From Chlamydiales bacterium (lineage in GTDB: Bacteria > Chlamydiota > Chlamydiia > Chlamydiales > JAAKFR01): 64,000 nucleotides of DNA. Of this stretch, positions 47,947 to 59,538 are shown in pieces; position 1 is the stretch's first letter; every line of letters begins with the position of its first letter. The stretch is taken from positions 68,556 to 132,555 of the forward strand of contig JAJACP010000003.1 of assembly GCA_022601445.1 (NCBI GenBank). Direction: 5' to 3'. The notes below the pieces were generated by a model, which was not told the DNA's origin, did not search any database, and worked only from the letters and a program-made list of their open reading frames with translations. Position numbers and translations under genes: made by a program.

Positions 47947-49450
47947 AATAGATGGCCCTGTACTTGGTGTTGAGATAGTTAAGGTAGGGAGTGGGAGAGA
48001 GAGCGTGTTCTGTCACCTTCTTCACGAGATCGGCTGCGCGGTAGGCTCGCCCATGTTGGTGGATGTTTTGCTGTAGCCACTTGCGAATAAAAAGAAGCTC
48101 TCCTCTCTCTACCTCAGAGACCCAATCGGGAAAGGTTGTTTCAAAGGTCTCAAAAAACTGAGAGGCGTAGAGATTTCCAAGGGCATAGGTAGGGAAATAT
48201 CCAAATGCCCCTAAGGCCCAATGAATGTCTTGCAAACACCCTTCCGTGTCAGTTGGGGGGGTGATTCCCAACAAATTGTGTGTCAGAGTGTTCCATGCTT
48301 CAGATAGGTCCTTGACTTTCAAGGAGCCTTCGATGAGCTGTTTTTCCAGCTCAAAACGGAGAATGACATGGAGGGAATAGGTGACCTCATCTGCCTCGAC
48401 GCGGATCAAAGTGGGCTCCACACGGTTGATTGCCTGATAAAAGGAGTGAAGAGGGACTCCCCTTAGCTCGGGGAAGGTGTGGGCAAGCTTGGGAAGAAAG
48501 TGCTTCCAGAAGGGCTTGGACTGGCCGATCCGGGTCTCCCAAAAGCGGGATTGACTCTCATGAATGCCCAAAGAGACCGCTTCACAAAGAGGAGAGCCGT
48601 AGTACTCAGGTAACATTCCCATCTCATACAAGCTATGTCCCCCTTCATGCAAGACCGCAGAGAGCGAATCGAACAGGGAAGTGGCATGGATGCGTGTCGT
48701 AATGCGACTATCTGAGGGGTGAATGGCCATTGAAAAGGGGTGAGAGGAGAGATCAAGTCTTCCTTTATCGAGATCGTAACCCATCGCCTCGAGCAGCACC
48801 TTGCCAAAGGCAAGCTGTTTGTCAGCCGAAAAGTTGCCGTGCAAACAGGAGTCGTCGACTTGTGGAGTCTCTTGGATGTGAGCCAAAATAGAGCCTATGC
48901 CTTTCTTAATCTCAGAGAAAAGAGGGGAGAGCTCGTCTATTGTCGTGTCGGGCTCAAACGTATCTAAAAGGGCGTCATAGGGGTGGTCCTTGTAGCCAAT
49001 GAGCTCTGCTTTTTTCTGGGAGAGGGTCACAATCTTTTCGAGATAAGGCGCGTAGAGTCCAAAATTATTTTCTTTGCGCGCCTGGGCCCAGACGGTGAGC
49101 GCTTCGGCTGTCAAGCGAGCGAATCGTTTCACAAATGCATTGGGTAGAGAGGTCGCCAGTAAAAAATCACGACGCCACTCACGCAGAGAGGCTTTTTGCT
49201 CAAAGGGGAGCTCATCCGCCAAAATCGTTCCAGTGTCGAGATCAATCAGGTTTTTAAGCGCCTTTTCAAACCGCTTAGAGGTGCGTTGTTTGTGAGTGAG
49301 GCTTGCCATCAGCTCGATCTGCTCGGCACGCACAGGAGAGCCGGCAGGTGGCATATAGGTCTCTTGGTCCCATTCAAGTAGGTAGGAGATACTCTCTAGA
49401 AGGCGATTCTTTTTGGATAGTGTCAGCAGGGTCTGGTAGTCTTTGTTCAT
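47939..49450 (-). CDS. Carboxypeptidase, M32 (Taq) family
   Basis: WDQETYMP, YDALLD.FEP, GRLD.S.HPF, HEGGH.LYE, HESQSRFWE, IRVEADE, GCLQDIHW, GYFPTYALG. Start at ATG 49450. Confidence 0.95.
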   Translation of the reverse strand: MNKDYQTLLTLSKKNRLLESISYLLEWDQETYMPPAGSPVRAEQIELMASLTHKQRTSKRFEKALKNLIDLDTGTILADELPFEQKASLREWRRDFLLATSLPNAFVKRFARLTAEALTVWAQARKENNFGLYAPYLEKIVTLSQKKAELIGYKDHPYDALLDTFEPDTTIDELSPLFSEIKKGIGSILAHIQETPQVDDSCLHGNFSADKQLAFGKVLLEAMGYDLDKGRLDLSSHPFSMAIHPSDSRITTRIHATSLFDSLSAVLHEGGHSLYEMGMLPEYYGSPLCEAVSLGIHESQSRFWETRIGQSKPFWKHFLPKLAHTFPELRGVPLHSFYQAINRVEPTLIRVEADEVTYSLHVILRFELEKQLIEGSLKVKDLSEAWNTLTHNLLGITPPTDTEGCLQDIHWALGAFGYFPTYALGNLYASQFFETFETTFPDWVSEVERGELLFIRKWLQQNIHQHGRAYRAADLVKKVTEHALSPTPYLNYLNTKYRAIYST

Positions 49451-50522
49451 TTTCTTCTCGATCATTTGAAATAAATAGGCGTTCGGTACGGGGTCCGATA
49501 CTGGTGAGCACCTCGCGTACATCGGTATTTCCCCACTGAGCCACTGTCTCAGGGGAGAGGTCGGGGCCAAAAAGAGTGGCGCGATCTCCCACTTCTGCTT
49601 TAGGAATTGTTGTGAGATCCACAAACATAAAGTCCATACAGATCGCACCGACACGGGGCGCTTTTTTTCCCTGAATCAATACATGTCCTTTCTCTTTATA
49701 GTGGCGGTGCATTCCATCGTGATAGCCGACGGGAATGACTCCAAAGCGCATCTTCTCGTGCGGAACGGTATAGTGACGTTGATAGCCGATGGTCTCTCCC
49801 TTTTTTGGATAACGAATGGCGCACAGGTGCGACTCAAACGAGAGGGCAGGACGAAAAGGAGGGGCCACACCATATCCAAACAGACCCACACCAATACGTG
49901 AGAGGTTGCAAAAGGGGAGGGCAAAGCGCAAAGCGGCTGCACTGTTCGCTGCGTGGATCCAGCGAGGAGGAGGTTGAATCGACTGAACACACGCCTTAAA
50001 GCACGCGATTTGTTGCTCTGTAAAAGAATCTAATTTAGCTTGATCTGAGGCGGCAAAGTGGGTCATCACACCTTCAAGGTGAAGATGAGCAGCTTTTTGG
50101 ATCGCCTCTACAAGAAGAGAAGTAGCCTTGGGCTCGGCTCCGAAACGATTGAGACCCGTGTTGATGTTAAGATGAACAGGAATCACATTTGTGGCCACTT
50201 GGTTGAGTGCTTCAATCTCTTCAAGTGTACTGACTGCTGGTTCTAGCTTGTAGCGTGCAGCTAATTTGGCTTCAAAAGGAGGCACAGATAGCACAAAGAT
50301 GGGCATGTCGATCCCTGCTTTGCGTAAAGTAACCCCTTCTTGGACATGAGCAACGCCCAAAAGAGTGACACCAAACTTCTTAAGATAAGGGGCTAGATGG
50401 ATCGCACCGGTTCCATTTCCATTGGCTTTGACCATGGCCATGAGAGCTCCTTTTTCGGCAAAGAGCTTCACGTTCTGTTCAATGGCATCGAGGTCGATTT
50501 TCAAAACACTAGAGCTTGGCAT
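49374..50522 (-). CDS. alr: Alanine racemase
   Basis: AMVKAN (PLP Lys), HLNINTGLNRFG, GVMTHFA, HAANSAA, RIG.GL.G, IGY, PVGY.DG, G.ICMD. Start at ATG 50522. Confidence 0.92.
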   Translation of the reverse strand: MPSSSVLKIDLDAIEQNVKLFAEKGALMAMVKANGNGTGAIHLAPYLKKFGVTLLGVAHVQEGVTLRKAGIDMPIFVLSVPPFEAKLAARYKLEPAVSTLEEIEALNQVATNVIPVHLNINTGLNRFGAEPKATSLLVEAIQKAAHLHLEGVMTHFAASDQAKLDSFTEQQIACFKACVQSIQPPPRWIHAANSAAALRFALPFCNLSRIGVGLFGYGVAPPFRPALSFESHLCAIRYPKKGETIGYQRHYTVPHEKMRFGVIPVGYHDGMHRHYKEKGHVLIQGKKAPRVGAICMDFMFVDLTTIPKAEVGDRATLFGPDLSPETVAQWGNTDVREVLTSIGPRTERLFISNDREENEQRLPDPADTIQKESPSREYLLPT

Positions 50523-51558
50523 ATCTCCATCCAAATAGTCCAAAAAAGAGTGCAAGCGGTAGTGTAAGGGCCCAAAGAGGGGAGAGCACTTGACTCTTGC
50601 CCAATATAACACAAGCGTTGACAAAGGTAAAAAAAGTAATGATGCCGCACAAAGAAAGAGCGTAAATCATGAAGATAGGGAGGTGTCTTCCAAAGCGGAG
50701 GCAGAACGGAGCAGGCGCACAGACAGCAAGCAGGCAGACAAGGGGAATGGTGAGCTTGTAGAAAAAAACAGCGGCCATCTCAGCTTCACGATCATTGAGA
50801 GTCCCTTTCCATCGCATATTGGAAAAGAGTTGAGTGAGCGATTGTTGTCTGGGAGGATGGAGGGCAACAAAAACAGAGCGCGCATCAAAAGAGATCCCAG
50901 GAAAAGGGAGCTGGTCTTGCGAAGCCGTGCGCTGAAGAAGGCCTCCCTCTCTTTTGATCACGTCAACTTGTTTTCCAAAAGGTACGTGCTCAAATGGATA
51001 AAGGGCTTCCATTCGGTAAAGGAGATCGGAGTTTTGGTACCAATAGACATCATGAAAGGCTTGCTCAGCGGTATCGAAGGTGTCGTATACGAGGATGGAT
51101 CCATCGGCCAGAGGAAGAGCTCCAATGGGCTCTTCATGACTACGCTTTTTAAAAAAGCTCTCTTCAAAGGTCTCCAGCGCGTTCAACGAGAGGGGTTGTA
51201 AGAACTGGAAATTGAGGTAGAGCAAAAAGGCCAATAGAGAGGCGACCCATAAAAAAGGGCGCATCAAGGTTTTAAGAGGAGTTCCGGCAGTCAGAAGTGC
51301 CACAATTTCATTCCGTACGTTTAGCGCAGTTAAAACCTTAATAGTGGAGATTAAAAGGGCGATCGGTAAAAGAATGTCGCCTCGCTTTGTGAACTGAAAT
51401 AAGTAGTAGAGACCGATGTCAATGAAGCGTACGCCCTCTTGATGAAAGGCTTTTGTATGCATGGAGTAGTCGATGAGAACGTAGAGAAAATAAAACCCTC
51501 CGATGAAAAGAAAAAAGACCTTGGCCAGCTCTTTTAAAAAATACCGTTTCCAGATCAT
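50509..51558 (-). CDS. lptG: LptF/LptG family permease
   Basis: RYFLKE, LP.ALL, NEIVAL..AG.P...L.RP; tandem with its paralog. Confidence 0.8.
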   Translation of the reverse strand: MIWKRYFLKELAKVFFLFIGGFYFLYVLIDYSMHTKAFHQEGVRFIDIGLYYLFQFTKRGDILLPIALLISTIKVLTALNVRNEIVALLTAGTPLKTLMRPFLWVASLLAFLLYLNFQFLQPLSLNALETFEESFFKKRSHEEPIGALPLADGSILVYDTFDTAEQAFHDVYWYQNSDLLYRMEALYPFEHVPFGKQVDVIKREGGLLQRTASQDQLPFPGISFDARSVFVALHPPRQQSLTQLFSNMRWKGTLNDREAEMAAVFFYKLTIPLVCLLAVCAPAPFCLRFGRHLPIFMIYALSLCGIITFFTFVNACVILGKSQVLSPLWALTLPLALFFGLFGWRYAKL

Positions 51559-52655
51559 TCGATCCCCCTACTGACACGTGTTAAGCTCCAGATTGAGGTG
51601 ATTGTGATCAACACATGAGGAAGGAGAAAAAGGGTTGAGGCAACCCAGACCCAAGTGGACAGCTCTTTTCCTAAAAAGAAGGTAATAAAGGTCAGGGCGG
51701 TTAGAAAAAGAGCGAGGAAAAACCCTTTTTTCGCGCGGTTGCGGCTGATTTGCATGCCGAAAGAGACGCCCATTAGGGTGAAAGTGAATGCTGCCAGACC
51801 CAAAGAGATTCGCTTTACATATTCAGAGTGGCAGCGAGCAAGATGATGCGCGGCCTCGGCACCCGATTGCTCTTGATAGAGGAGTGTGCGCGCACGCAGC
51901 AGGCTGAGCTTCAGATGATCGGTGGCAATCTTCCACCCTTTTCCGTACATCATCGAGGCAAATTCAGCTGCAGAGGCTGTGAGCTGCTCCTGATTTTCGA
52001 TGACCAGGTGGGGGGCTTCTGCGCTAGGGAGGCTGGAGACAAGGCTCACCTGCTCGGCGCATAGAGTTCCTGTTTCGGTGGTGATTTTTTTGGCCAGACC
52101 GAGATGAAGGCGTCCTTTAGGCGTGTTTTTCAAGACTACAAGAACATTTTGAGCTGCTTTTCCATTTTGGATGGGGTCCATTTGCACATAGGATCTTTTC
52201 AATTGAGCTGCTTTGGCGCTTTGCAGGAGAATCAGTGGATTCACTGAGATCAGAGAGTGTGCCATTCTGCGCGTGGCCAAGTGGGAGGTAGTAGCGAGCT
52301 CGGAGGTGATATAAAAATTTCCAAGCGAGAGGAAGGCTCCTGCGATCAAAATGGGAGCTAGAATCTGTTTTAAAGAAAACCCTCCTGCACGGAGAGCTGT
52401 GAGCTCATGCGTTTGAGAGAGGCGTTGGAAGAGAATCATAGAAGAGATTAAGCAAGAGATCGGGATGGCAATGGGTAAAATGTAGGGGATCTGGTACAGG
52501 ACAAAGCGGGTTAAATAGGCGGTAGGCGCGCCTAAAGAAGCAAAGTGGGCGATATCTTCCAGTCGGCTTACAAGCAGAATGGCGATGAAAGAGAGCACAG
52601 AAAGCAGCAAAACTTTCAAGTAGTGCAAAAGTAGATAACGACCGAATAGTGGCAT
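51555..52655 (-). CDS. lptF: LptF/LptG family permease
   Basis: IP.ILPIAIPIS, LSQTHELTALRAGG.S...I.AP. Confidence 0.8.
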   Translation of the reverse strand: MPLFGRYLLLHYLKVLLLSVLSFIAILLVSRLEDIAHFASLGAPTAYLTRFVLYQIPYILPIAIPISCLISSMILFQRLSQTHELTALRAGGFSLKQILAPILIAGAFLSLGNFYITSELATTSHLATRRMAHSLISVNPLILLQSAKAAQLKRSYVQMDPIQNGKAAQNVLVVLKNTPKGRLHLGLAKKITTETGTLCAEQVSLVSSLPSAEAPHLVIENQEQLTASAAEFASMMYGKGWKIATDHLKLSLLRARTLLYQEQSGAEAAHHLARCHSEYVKRISLGLAAFTFTLMGVSFGMQISRNRAKKGFFLALFLTALTFITFFLGKELSTWVWVASTLFLLPHVLITITSIWSLTRVSRGIE

Positions 52656-52719
52656 GCGGTCATTCTAGCAATCAAAGCCGTTTTCTAGGAGCTTTTTATC
52701 TCCTGAGCAGTCAGAATAG

Positions 52720-53685
52720 GTGTCGATGATTTTTAGGTGTATCGTGCTGGAAGAAGTATTAACATTTATTGACTGTCAGAATCTTAAAAAAGAACCTCTT
52801 CTCTTAGGACTCTCGGGAGGACCCGATTCGATGGCTCTTTTCCATCTCCTAAGGAAGATAAACCATCCTTTCCAGGCGGCTCATTTAGACCACGGGTGGC
52901 GCCCTGAAAGTAGAGAGGAGGGAAATCTCTTAGTACAGATGTGCCAGAAGTATGGTGTCCGCTGCCATCTGCGCTCTGTTAAAATTGAAGGAAAGAATCT
53001 AGAAGATGCGTCGCGGCAAGCTCGCTACCATTTTTTTGAGGAATTAGTGGCACAAGAGAGGTTAGCAGGAGTCGTTTTGGGACACCACGCAGACGACCAA
53101 GCGGAAACGGTGCTCAAGCGTGTCTTTGAAGGCGCCTCTCTTCCCAAGCTGAAGGGACTCACTCCACGCTCTCAACTTGGTGCTTTAACTCTCTACCGCC
53201 CATTATTGAGGGTGCAAAAAAAGCAGGTGATTGCGTGGCTCGAAAATGAAAAAATCTCCTATTTTTCCGATCCTACCAACCAAGAGACTCGCTTTTTGCG
53301 TGGACGGATGCGCGTCTCTTTGCTCCCATTTCTATCCGCTCAATTTGGAAAGCAGATCCAGCCAAGCTTGTGCCGCTTGGGCGAGGCAGCCCACGAATTG
53401 GCCGAGTTTTTGGATTGTGTAACGGCTCCTTTTAAAGCAAAAATTGTTGAAAACCAGGAAGCTGTCACACTTGATTTCCATGCCTTTCCTTCTCAGCCTC
53501 GCCTTATTTATAAAGCACTTATTCGCGATTTATTTGGTAATCAAAGACTTGCTCTACCACAATCCGTGCTTGAAACGATACTCCTTCATATTCAGAAAAA
53601 TAGCGCGCGTAAAACGATTCAAGTGGGTCAGACAAAAGTGGAAATGGATCGTGGAGTCCTAATGATCAAAAAGTTAAAATTATAA
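52720..53685 (+). CDS. tilS: tRNA(Ile)-lysidine synthase
   Basis: LSGGPDS, HLDHGWR, AR..RY, GHHADDQAET, RPLL, DPTN. Confidence 0.93.
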   Translation: MSMIFRCIVLEEVLTFIDCQNLKKEPLLLGLSGGPDSMALFHLLRKINHPFQAAHLDHGWRPESREEGNLLVQMCQKYGVRCHLRSVKIEGKNLEDASRQARYHFFEELVAQERLAGVVLGHHADDQAETVLKRVFEGASLPKLKGLTPRSQLGALTLYRPLLRVQKKQVIAWLENEKISYFSDPTNQETRFLRGRMRVSLLPFLSAQFGKQIQPSLCRLGEAAHELAEFLDCVTAPFKAKIVENQEAVTLDFHAFPSQPRLIYKALIRDLFGNQRLALPQSVLETILLHIQKNSARKTIQVGQTKVEMDRGVLMIKKLKL

Positions 53686-53848
53686 CCTTTATATGGGTTG
53701 AAACGTAAAGGTAAAATAGGGTATGATAAGGCGCTGAGGTTAAAGATTTTCACATGTAATTGGAAATTCTTCTAAAAATCAATACTTTAATAATAGCGCA
53801 AAATTTATAATTACCAATAGGCGTGAATCAAACAATTAGTTTTTAATT

Positions 53849-56614
53849 ATGACTCAAGATAAAAAGAATACGAACGAACCTAAGAAAAGCTTTCCTACAA
53901 CATTCTTTCTGTTTCTGTTGGCGATCATTTTGATTGTCATCACGTTGCAGAATTTTATGTCGACAAAATCGGCAAATGTTGCCTTCAGTCACCAAGTTGA
54001 GCATCTCGTCAATTTGCAGCTGATCGTTCCAGAGGATAGTCGAAAGGTTTCACTCAATGACAATTTGGTGACCTTTAGTGGGAAGTTTCGTGAGCGGTTA
54101 ACAGAAGAGGGGCGCAAGCGTTACCGCTATCTTGAATTATTAGAGACCAATCACACACTCACCAACCAGAAAGACGAGATTTTAGCCAATCTGAATCGTC
54201 AAGAGACGAGTATTGAAGATGGGGCCAAGTGGTTTTTGGAGATTTCAGGCACACCTGTTCCTGCGGGTGGCTACCGCGTCATCGAAGAGGTTTACGATCT
54301 TCCTGAGCGTGAAAATGCTGTTGTGATTGAGACACCGCCCACTAAAAAAATGATCAACCTTCCCGCTCTTGAAGAAAGGCTGCAACAGATTAATCGCTCT
54401 TTATCTCCAGCCAGCCAACAGGATCTCGCTGCTTTTGAAAGCGATCTAGCCATTTTGGTCGGGAATTTCCGCTCTCCTGTTTTGGGAATTGGCGCAGAGT
54501 CGATGAAGCAAAAGCTCAAATCGTATACCAAAGAAATAGAAGGAGTGAGCGGAGAGACCTATTCACCCGCTGAAAAAGTGGCTGTTTACGGGCAAGTTCT
54601 CGTGGGGCTTCAGGGAATGGTAGCTGAGCTCAATCAACCAGTGGATCACGTGCGACTCAGCGAACTGCGCTCAGTGCGTCAGTACAAAGAGGAGATGCAA
54701 AAGTACGGCTCTGTCACGCAATCGTTAGAGCAAAATGAGGCTCAGCTGGATAAAGCGCGCCTCTCTGTGGCCAATGTCATCTGGTTTTTCAATAACAAAG
54801 AGCTCTCTAGCCGCGCTTTAGAGCGTCAAGATCCTGAAACCTATAGCCACTGGTTTGCCAATGCAAAAGAGGAGTGGGACACCTTTAAGGTGAATCACGG
54901 ACTTCCCTTTAAAGCGCCTGACCAGCCGCGTACACTCGCTCTTGAAAAGACGTTCAAAAGTGAAGAGCCGGCTCCGAATTACTTCAGTTATATTCTCACC
55001 ATTCTCCCGATTGCTCTTGTAATTTTGCTTCTCTACTTTGTCTTCTCAAGACAAATGAAAGGGGGAATGGGCGGCTCGGCCATGAATTTTGGAAAATCGC
55101 CTGCTAAAATGCTCCAGCAGGGACAAAACAAGGTCACCTTTAAAGATGTTGCGGGAATTGAAGAGGCAAAAGAAGAGCTTGTTGAGATTGTGGATTTCTT
55201 GAAAAATCCGACTAAATTCACAACACTGGGTGGAAGAATTCCTAAAGGAGTCCTATTGATCGGCGCCCCGGGAACAGGTAAGACGCTTGTTGCCAAGGCG
55301 GTTGCAGGTGAGGCGGACCGTCCCTTCTTCTCGATTGCAGGCTCTGACTTTGTTGAGATGTTTGTGGGTGTGGGCGCCAGTCGGATTCGTGATATGTTTG
55401 AGCAGGCTAAGAAAAGCTCTCCTTGTATCATCTTTATCGATGAGATTGATGCCGTCGGCCGTCACCGTGGCGCTGGCATTGGGGGAGGACACGATGAGCG
55501 TGAGCAGACTCTTAACCAGCTGCTTGTAGAGATGGATGGATTTGACACCAACGAAGGTGTGATCTTAATGGCCGCAACTAACCGCCCTGATGTTTTAGAT
55601 AAAGCCCTTCTCCGTCCCGGCCGCTTTGACAGGCGTGTGGTGATTGGACTACCTGATATTAAGGGGCGCTACGAGATTTTGAAAGTGCACGCCCGTAAAA
55701 TTAAAATCGACCCCTCTGTTGACCTTCTCAGTGTCGCGAGGAGTACACCAGGTGCTTCGGGTGCTGACTTGGCGAACCTGCTCAATGAATCGGCTCTTTT
55801 GGCAGCGCGCAAAGGGCGTACGGCTGTGACGGGAACAGAGGTCGCTGAGGCGCGCGATAAAGTGCTCTACGGAAAAGAGCGGCGCAGCATGGAGCTCGAT
55901 GATAACGAGCGACTCACAACTGCCTACCATGAATCAGGCCATGCCATTGTGGGTCTAGTGGTGGAGCACTCAGACCCTGTTGATAAGGTAACCATTATTC
56001 CACGTGGTCTCTCTTTAGGAGCGACTCACTTTCTTCCGCTGAAAAATCGGGTGAGCTATTGGAGAAAAGAGTTGCTTGATCAGCTAGCTGTTCTCATGGG
56101 AGGGCGTGTCGCTGAAGAGATCTTTCTTGGAGACATCTCAAGCGGTGCACAGCAAGATATCTCTCAGGCGACCCGTTTAGTACGTAGCATGGTGTGCGAG
56201 TGGGGCATGAGTGATATTTTGGGTAAAGTGGCCTATGACGAGCGCACTGAGGGAGCAGGTGGTTACGGCATGGGCCCGAGCGAGAAGACCTACTCTGAGG
56301 AGACCGCACGCGTGATTGACGAAGAGGTGCGTAAGTTGTTAGATGAGGCGTATCAGCGTGCAACAGATGTGATTTTAGCCCACCGCGATCAAGTTGAACT
56401 GATGACCCGCATGCTCATTGAGTTTGAGACCTTAGATGCTCAAGATGTGCGTGATATTATCAATAACGAGTGGGATCCAGAGAAGAAGCAGAAGCGGTTG
56501 CAGGAGTTGGATAAGCTTTTTAAAAGAGAGCAGGAGACACCTCCTCCACCCCCACCTCAGATATCCTCTGATGCCAACGATGATGATCGGGATTTGGGTC
56601 TTAATCCGACCTAG
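53849..56614 (+). CDS. ftsH: ATP-dependent zinc metalloprotease FtsH (large periplasmic domain)
   Basis: [52 protein letters not shown]. Confidence 0.97.
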   Translation: MTQDKKNTNEPKKSFPTTFFLFLLAIILIVITLQNFMSTKSANVAFSHQVEHLVNLQLIVPEDSRKVSLNDNLVTFSGKFRERLTEEGRKRYRYLELLETNHTLTNQKDEILANLNRQETSIEDGAKWFLEISGTPVPAGGYRVIEEVYDLPERENAVVIETPPTKKMINLPALEERLQQINRSLSPASQQDLAAFESDLAILVGNFRSPVLGIGAESMKQKLKSYTKEIEGVSGETYSPAEKVAVYGQVLVGLQGMVAELNQPVDHVRLSELRSVRQYKEEMQKYGSVTQSLEQNEAQLDKARLSVANVIWFFNNKELSSRALERQDPETYSHWFANAKEEWDTFKVNHGLPFKAPDQPRTLALEKTFKSEEPAPNYFSYILTILPIALVILLLYFVFSRQMKGGMGGSAMNFGKSPAKMLQQGQNKVTFKDVAGIEEAKEELVEIVDFLKNPTKFTTLGGRIPKGVLLIGAPGTGKTLVAKAVAGEADRPFFSIAGSDFVEMFVGVGASRIRDMFEQAKKSSPCIIFIDEIDAVGRHRGAGIGGGHDEREQTLNQLLVEMDGFDTNEGVILMAATNRPDVLDKALLRPGRFDRRVVIGLPDIKGRYEILKVHARKIKIDPSVDLLSVARSTPGASGADLANLLNESALLAARKGRTAVTGTEVAEARDKVLYGKERRSMELDDNERLTTAYHESGHAIVGLVVEHSDPVDKVTIIPRGLSLGATHFLPLKNRVSYWRKELLDQLAVLMGGRVAEEIFLGDISSGAQQDISQATRLVRSMVCEWGMSDILGKVAYDERTEGAGGYGMGPSEKTYSEETARVIDEEVRKLLDEAYQRATDVILAHRDQVELMTRMLIEFETLDAQDVRDIINNEWDPEKKQKRLQELDKLFKREQETPPPPPPQISSDANDDDRDLGLNPT

Positions 56615-56621
56615 TGTTGGT

Positions 56622-56819
56622 TTAGAAAATTATTTTTTTCTGTTTGTAAAAAATAATCACGTTCCTTAAGCTTAACCCAATCTTAACTTTTAGGCTTGAC
56701 GATGTCATCTGATCAAAATATCCAGATCCAGAACACAATTCAGCGTCAAGCCTTGTCTTTTTACAGCACACGTGGATTTTTCCGTCGGAGCACGAACAAG
56801 AGTCAAACCTCTTTTTCAT
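56622..56819 (-). CDS. Small Cys-rich hypothetical protein
   Basis: 65-aa ORF with a CSC...CC...C pattern; no recognisable family. Confidence 0.3.
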   Translation of the reverse strand: MKKRFDSCSCSDGKIHVCCKKTRLDAELCSGSGYFDQMTSSSLKVKIGLSLRNVIIFYKQKKIIF

Positions 56820-56922
56820 CCCTGCGTGCTGCTAAAGCTTCTTTGTTTGAGTAGCATCCAAGAATGAAAGAGAGGTTGGCTCTCTTTCAGTTTGGAAAAT
56901 GTGAAACATAAAGGAGTTTATT

Positions 56923-57276
56923 ATGTCAGCAGTATCTAGTTTAAGATCCAGTGGAGATGAGTGGGTAGACCTCTCTCATCTTCTTGAGGATGAAGACCCG
57001 CCGCCACCTGCAGCTGGTCGAGTACAAGCCGCACATCTCATTCAACAAGGGGATGTTGAAGATGATCGTTATCGCCAAGTCATGGCGATCATACAACGGG
57101 TCCAAAGCAATCCAAGGGAGTACGCAATGAGAACTTCTCTTATCTTTTGGATCATTTGCAGGGGATCTGCGGTTGCACTAAGGTCAACAGGGGCCTCCTC
57201 TGCCGGAAATCTTGCCGGGCAAGCTGCAGACCTTGCACGTATCGTTTGTTTACACCTAAGAGGTTATGAACGATAA
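56923..57276 (+). CDS. Hypothetical protein
   Basis: 117-aa ORF with strong RBS (AAGGAG). Confidence 0.55.
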   Translation: MSAVSSLRSSGDEWVDLSHLLEDEDPPPPAAGRVQAAHLIQQGDVEDDRYRQVMAIIQRVQSNPREYAMRTSLIFWIICRGSAVALRSTGASSAGNLAGQAADLARIVCLHLRGYER

Positions 57277-57381
57277 AAAAACAGTAGTGTCCCACCTTGG
57301 CCTTTGAAGGAAGGGATAAACAGGAGGGACACTACCTTGTTCCGTTGAAAAATGTAAGACGCATATCTTCTGTCATCAATG

Positions 57382-57407
57382 CAAAAAGCCCCGTGAGGAG
57401 CTTTTTG
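57382..57407. terminator. Probable bidirectional terminator after pnp
   Basis: CAAAAAGCCCC-GTGA-GGAGCTTTTTG, immediately past the pnp stop. Confidence 0.7.
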
Positions 57408-57408
57408 A

Positions 57409-59514
57409 TTACGTGTCTGTTTTGGCAAGCAGAGCTTTGCGGCTCAGTTTGAGCTGGCCACGCTCGTTAATATCGAGCACCTTCACAGAGATCGGATCGC
57501 CCTGCTTAATGTGCGCGTTGATATCTTCCACACGTGTGTTAGAGAGCTCAGAGATGTGGCAAAGCCCCTCTTTTCCAGGCAAAATCTCAATAAAGGCGCC
57601 AAACGGCACAACCGAGGTGACCTTCCCATCGTAGGTTTTGCCAATCTCTACCTCACCGATGAGTCCTTCAATGATCTGCTTCGCTTTCTCCATTGCCTCA
57701 GGGCTCGATGAAGCAATGCTGACTAGACCAGAGTCGTTAATGTCAATCTGAACGCCGGTCTCTTCGATGATGGCGCGAATCTGCTTACCGCCTGGACCAA
57801 TAATGACGGCAATTTTGCTCGGCTTCACTTGCATGGTCTCAATACGCGGTGCGTACACAGACATGGTTTCACGTGGCTTGGGTACGACTTCTAACATCTT
57901 AGAAAGAATGTGCGTCCGTCCTTCTTTAGCCTGCGCAAGTGCTTCTTTCATAATGTCGATGGTGATCCCTTCGACCTTAATGTCCATTTGGAAAGCTGTG
58001 ATCCCTTCATCGTCTCCTGTGACCTTAAAGTCCATATCGCCCAGAGCATCTTCGAGTCCAAGAATGTCTGAGAGAATGGCTACTCTGTCCTCTTCAAGGA
58101 TAAGACCCATTGCAATCCCGGATACTGGCCGTTTAATCGGCACACCGGCATCCATCATGGCCAAGCAACCGCCACAGACTGAAGCCATGGAAGAAGAGCC
58201 GTTTGACTCTGTAATATTAGACTCAAGGCGGATGGTGTAGGGGAACTCCTCTTGTGAGGGAAGAACAGAAGTTAAAGCCCGCTCAGCTAGTTTGCCGTGT
58301 CCCACTTCGCGCCTTCCAGCTGGGCCGGTACGGCCCACTTCACCCACAGAAAAAGGAGGGAAGAAGTACTGAAGATAGAAGCGGCGCAGGCCATCTCCAT
58401 CTAAGGTTTCATATCTCTGACCCATGTTCTCGCCCCCTAAGGTGCAAACGGCCATCGACTGGGTCTCGCCACGCGTAAAGAGACAGCTTCCATGGGAACG
58501 AGGAAGGAGGCCAGGCTCCACATCAATAAAGCGAATGTCCTTGACACTCCGTCCATCTGCACGGACCCCTTCTTGAAGGATCATCTCACGCATGTACTTG
58601 GCTTGTACTTTTTTAAAGGCAATTTTTACGTCTACAGGATTGAATTGAGGTGTTTCACCTTCAGGGAAGAGGGCTGTCATCAAATTCTCTTTCACCTCAG
58701 AAACGCTCTCTTCTCGCTTTTGCTTGTCGCTGGTGCGAATCGCGGTTTGAAGCGCTGCAGAGGTCTGCTTTTCGATCAAATCAAAAAGCTCTTGAGGAAC
58801 AACACGGAGGGTCGTGCGGTTTTTAGGTTTTCCAATTTCACCTTGCCACTCTTTTAGAGCGTGGCAGATTTTTTGAATGGCGCTGTGTCCAAATTCGATA
58901 GAAGCGATCACTTGCTCTTCTGTAAGGAAGTCGCAGTACCCTTCAATCATCAAAATGGCATCCTCTGTTCCAGCCAGAAGTAAGTCTAGCGTGGATGCTT
59001 CCATCTCCTCCACTGTCGGATTGATCACAAAGTTACCCTCGATCATGCCCACTCGCACACCTGCAACGGGCTTTATTAGAGGGATGTCTGAAAGTACAAG
59101 AGCGGCAGAGGCGCCGCAAATTGCCAGAGGATCGGGAAGGTGCTGTCCGTCGTAAGACCAAACATAAGAGAGGATTTGCACTTCGTTGTAGTACCCATTT
59201 TCGAACATGGGACGTAGAGGGCGGTCGATCAAGCGGCAGGTCAAAATTTCTTTTTCGCTGGGACGCCCTTCTCGCTTAATGAAGCCTCCCAATGTTTTTC
59301 CTGCTGAGGAGAACTTCTCTTGGTAATCGACCCGCAAGGGGAGGAAGTCGATCTCATCGCTTGCTCCTGCTGAGGCGCAGGCTGAGGTGAAAACCATTGT
59401 GTCGCCCAAGCGGACAATAACGGCTCCATTGGCCTGCCTGGCGACTTTCCCTGTTTCAAATGAGAGCTCTTTGCCCTCACCAATGGTGACTGTTTTTGTT
59501 TTTCGTTGCATCAT
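57409..59514 (-). CDS. pnp: Polyribonucleotide nucleotidyltransferase
   Basis: FETGKVARQANG, DFLPL.VDY.E, GRREVGHG.LA, SNGSSSMASVC, GDMDFKV; KH and S1 domains. Confidence 0.98.
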   Translation of the reverse strand: MMQRKTKTVTIGEGKELSFETGKVARQANGAVIVRLGDTMVFTSACASAGASDEIDFLPLRVDYQEKFSSAGKTLGGFIKREGRPSEKEILTCRLIDRPLRPMFENGYYNEVQILSYVWSYDGQHLPDPLAICGASAALVLSDIPLIKPVAGVRVGMIEGNFVINPTVEEMEASTLDLLLAGTEDAILMIEGYCDFLTEEQVIASIEFGHSAIQKICHALKEWQGEIGKPKNRTTLRVVPQELFDLIEKQTSAALQTAIRTSDKQKREESVSEVKENLMTALFPEGETPQFNPVDVKIAFKKVQAKYMREMILQEGVRADGRSVKDIRFIDVEPGLLPRSHGSCLFTRGETQSMAVCTLGGENMGQRYETLDGDGLRRFYLQYFFPPFSVGEVGRTGPAGRREVGHGKLAERALTSVLPSQEEFPYTIRLESNITESNGSSSMASVCGGCLAMMDAGVPIKRPVSGIAMGLILEEDRVAILSDILGLEDALGDMDFKVTGDDEGITAFQMDIKVEGITIDIMKEALAQAKEGRTHILSKMLEVVPKPRETMSVYAPRIETMQVKPSKIAVIIGPGGKQIRAIIEETGVQIDINDSGLVSIASSSPEAMEKAKQIIEGLIGEVEIGKTYDGKVTSVVPFGAFIEILPGKEGLCHISELSNTRVEDINAHIKQGDPISVKVLDINERGQLKLSRKALLAKTDT

Positions 59515-59538
59515 GATGTCTCCTGATCATAAAAAAGG

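Noticed and set aside
50590-51201. 203-aa plus-strand ORF and many similar antisense ORFs within nrdA, ftsH, pnp and the CCC gene
   Set aside because: These are shadow frames opposite well-supported genes.
57284-57335. GTAGTGTCCC...GGGACACTAC inverted repeat
   Set aside because: It has 10-bp arms with a large loop after a small gene, probably a transcript-end structure; there is no evidence for an ncRNA or mobile element.
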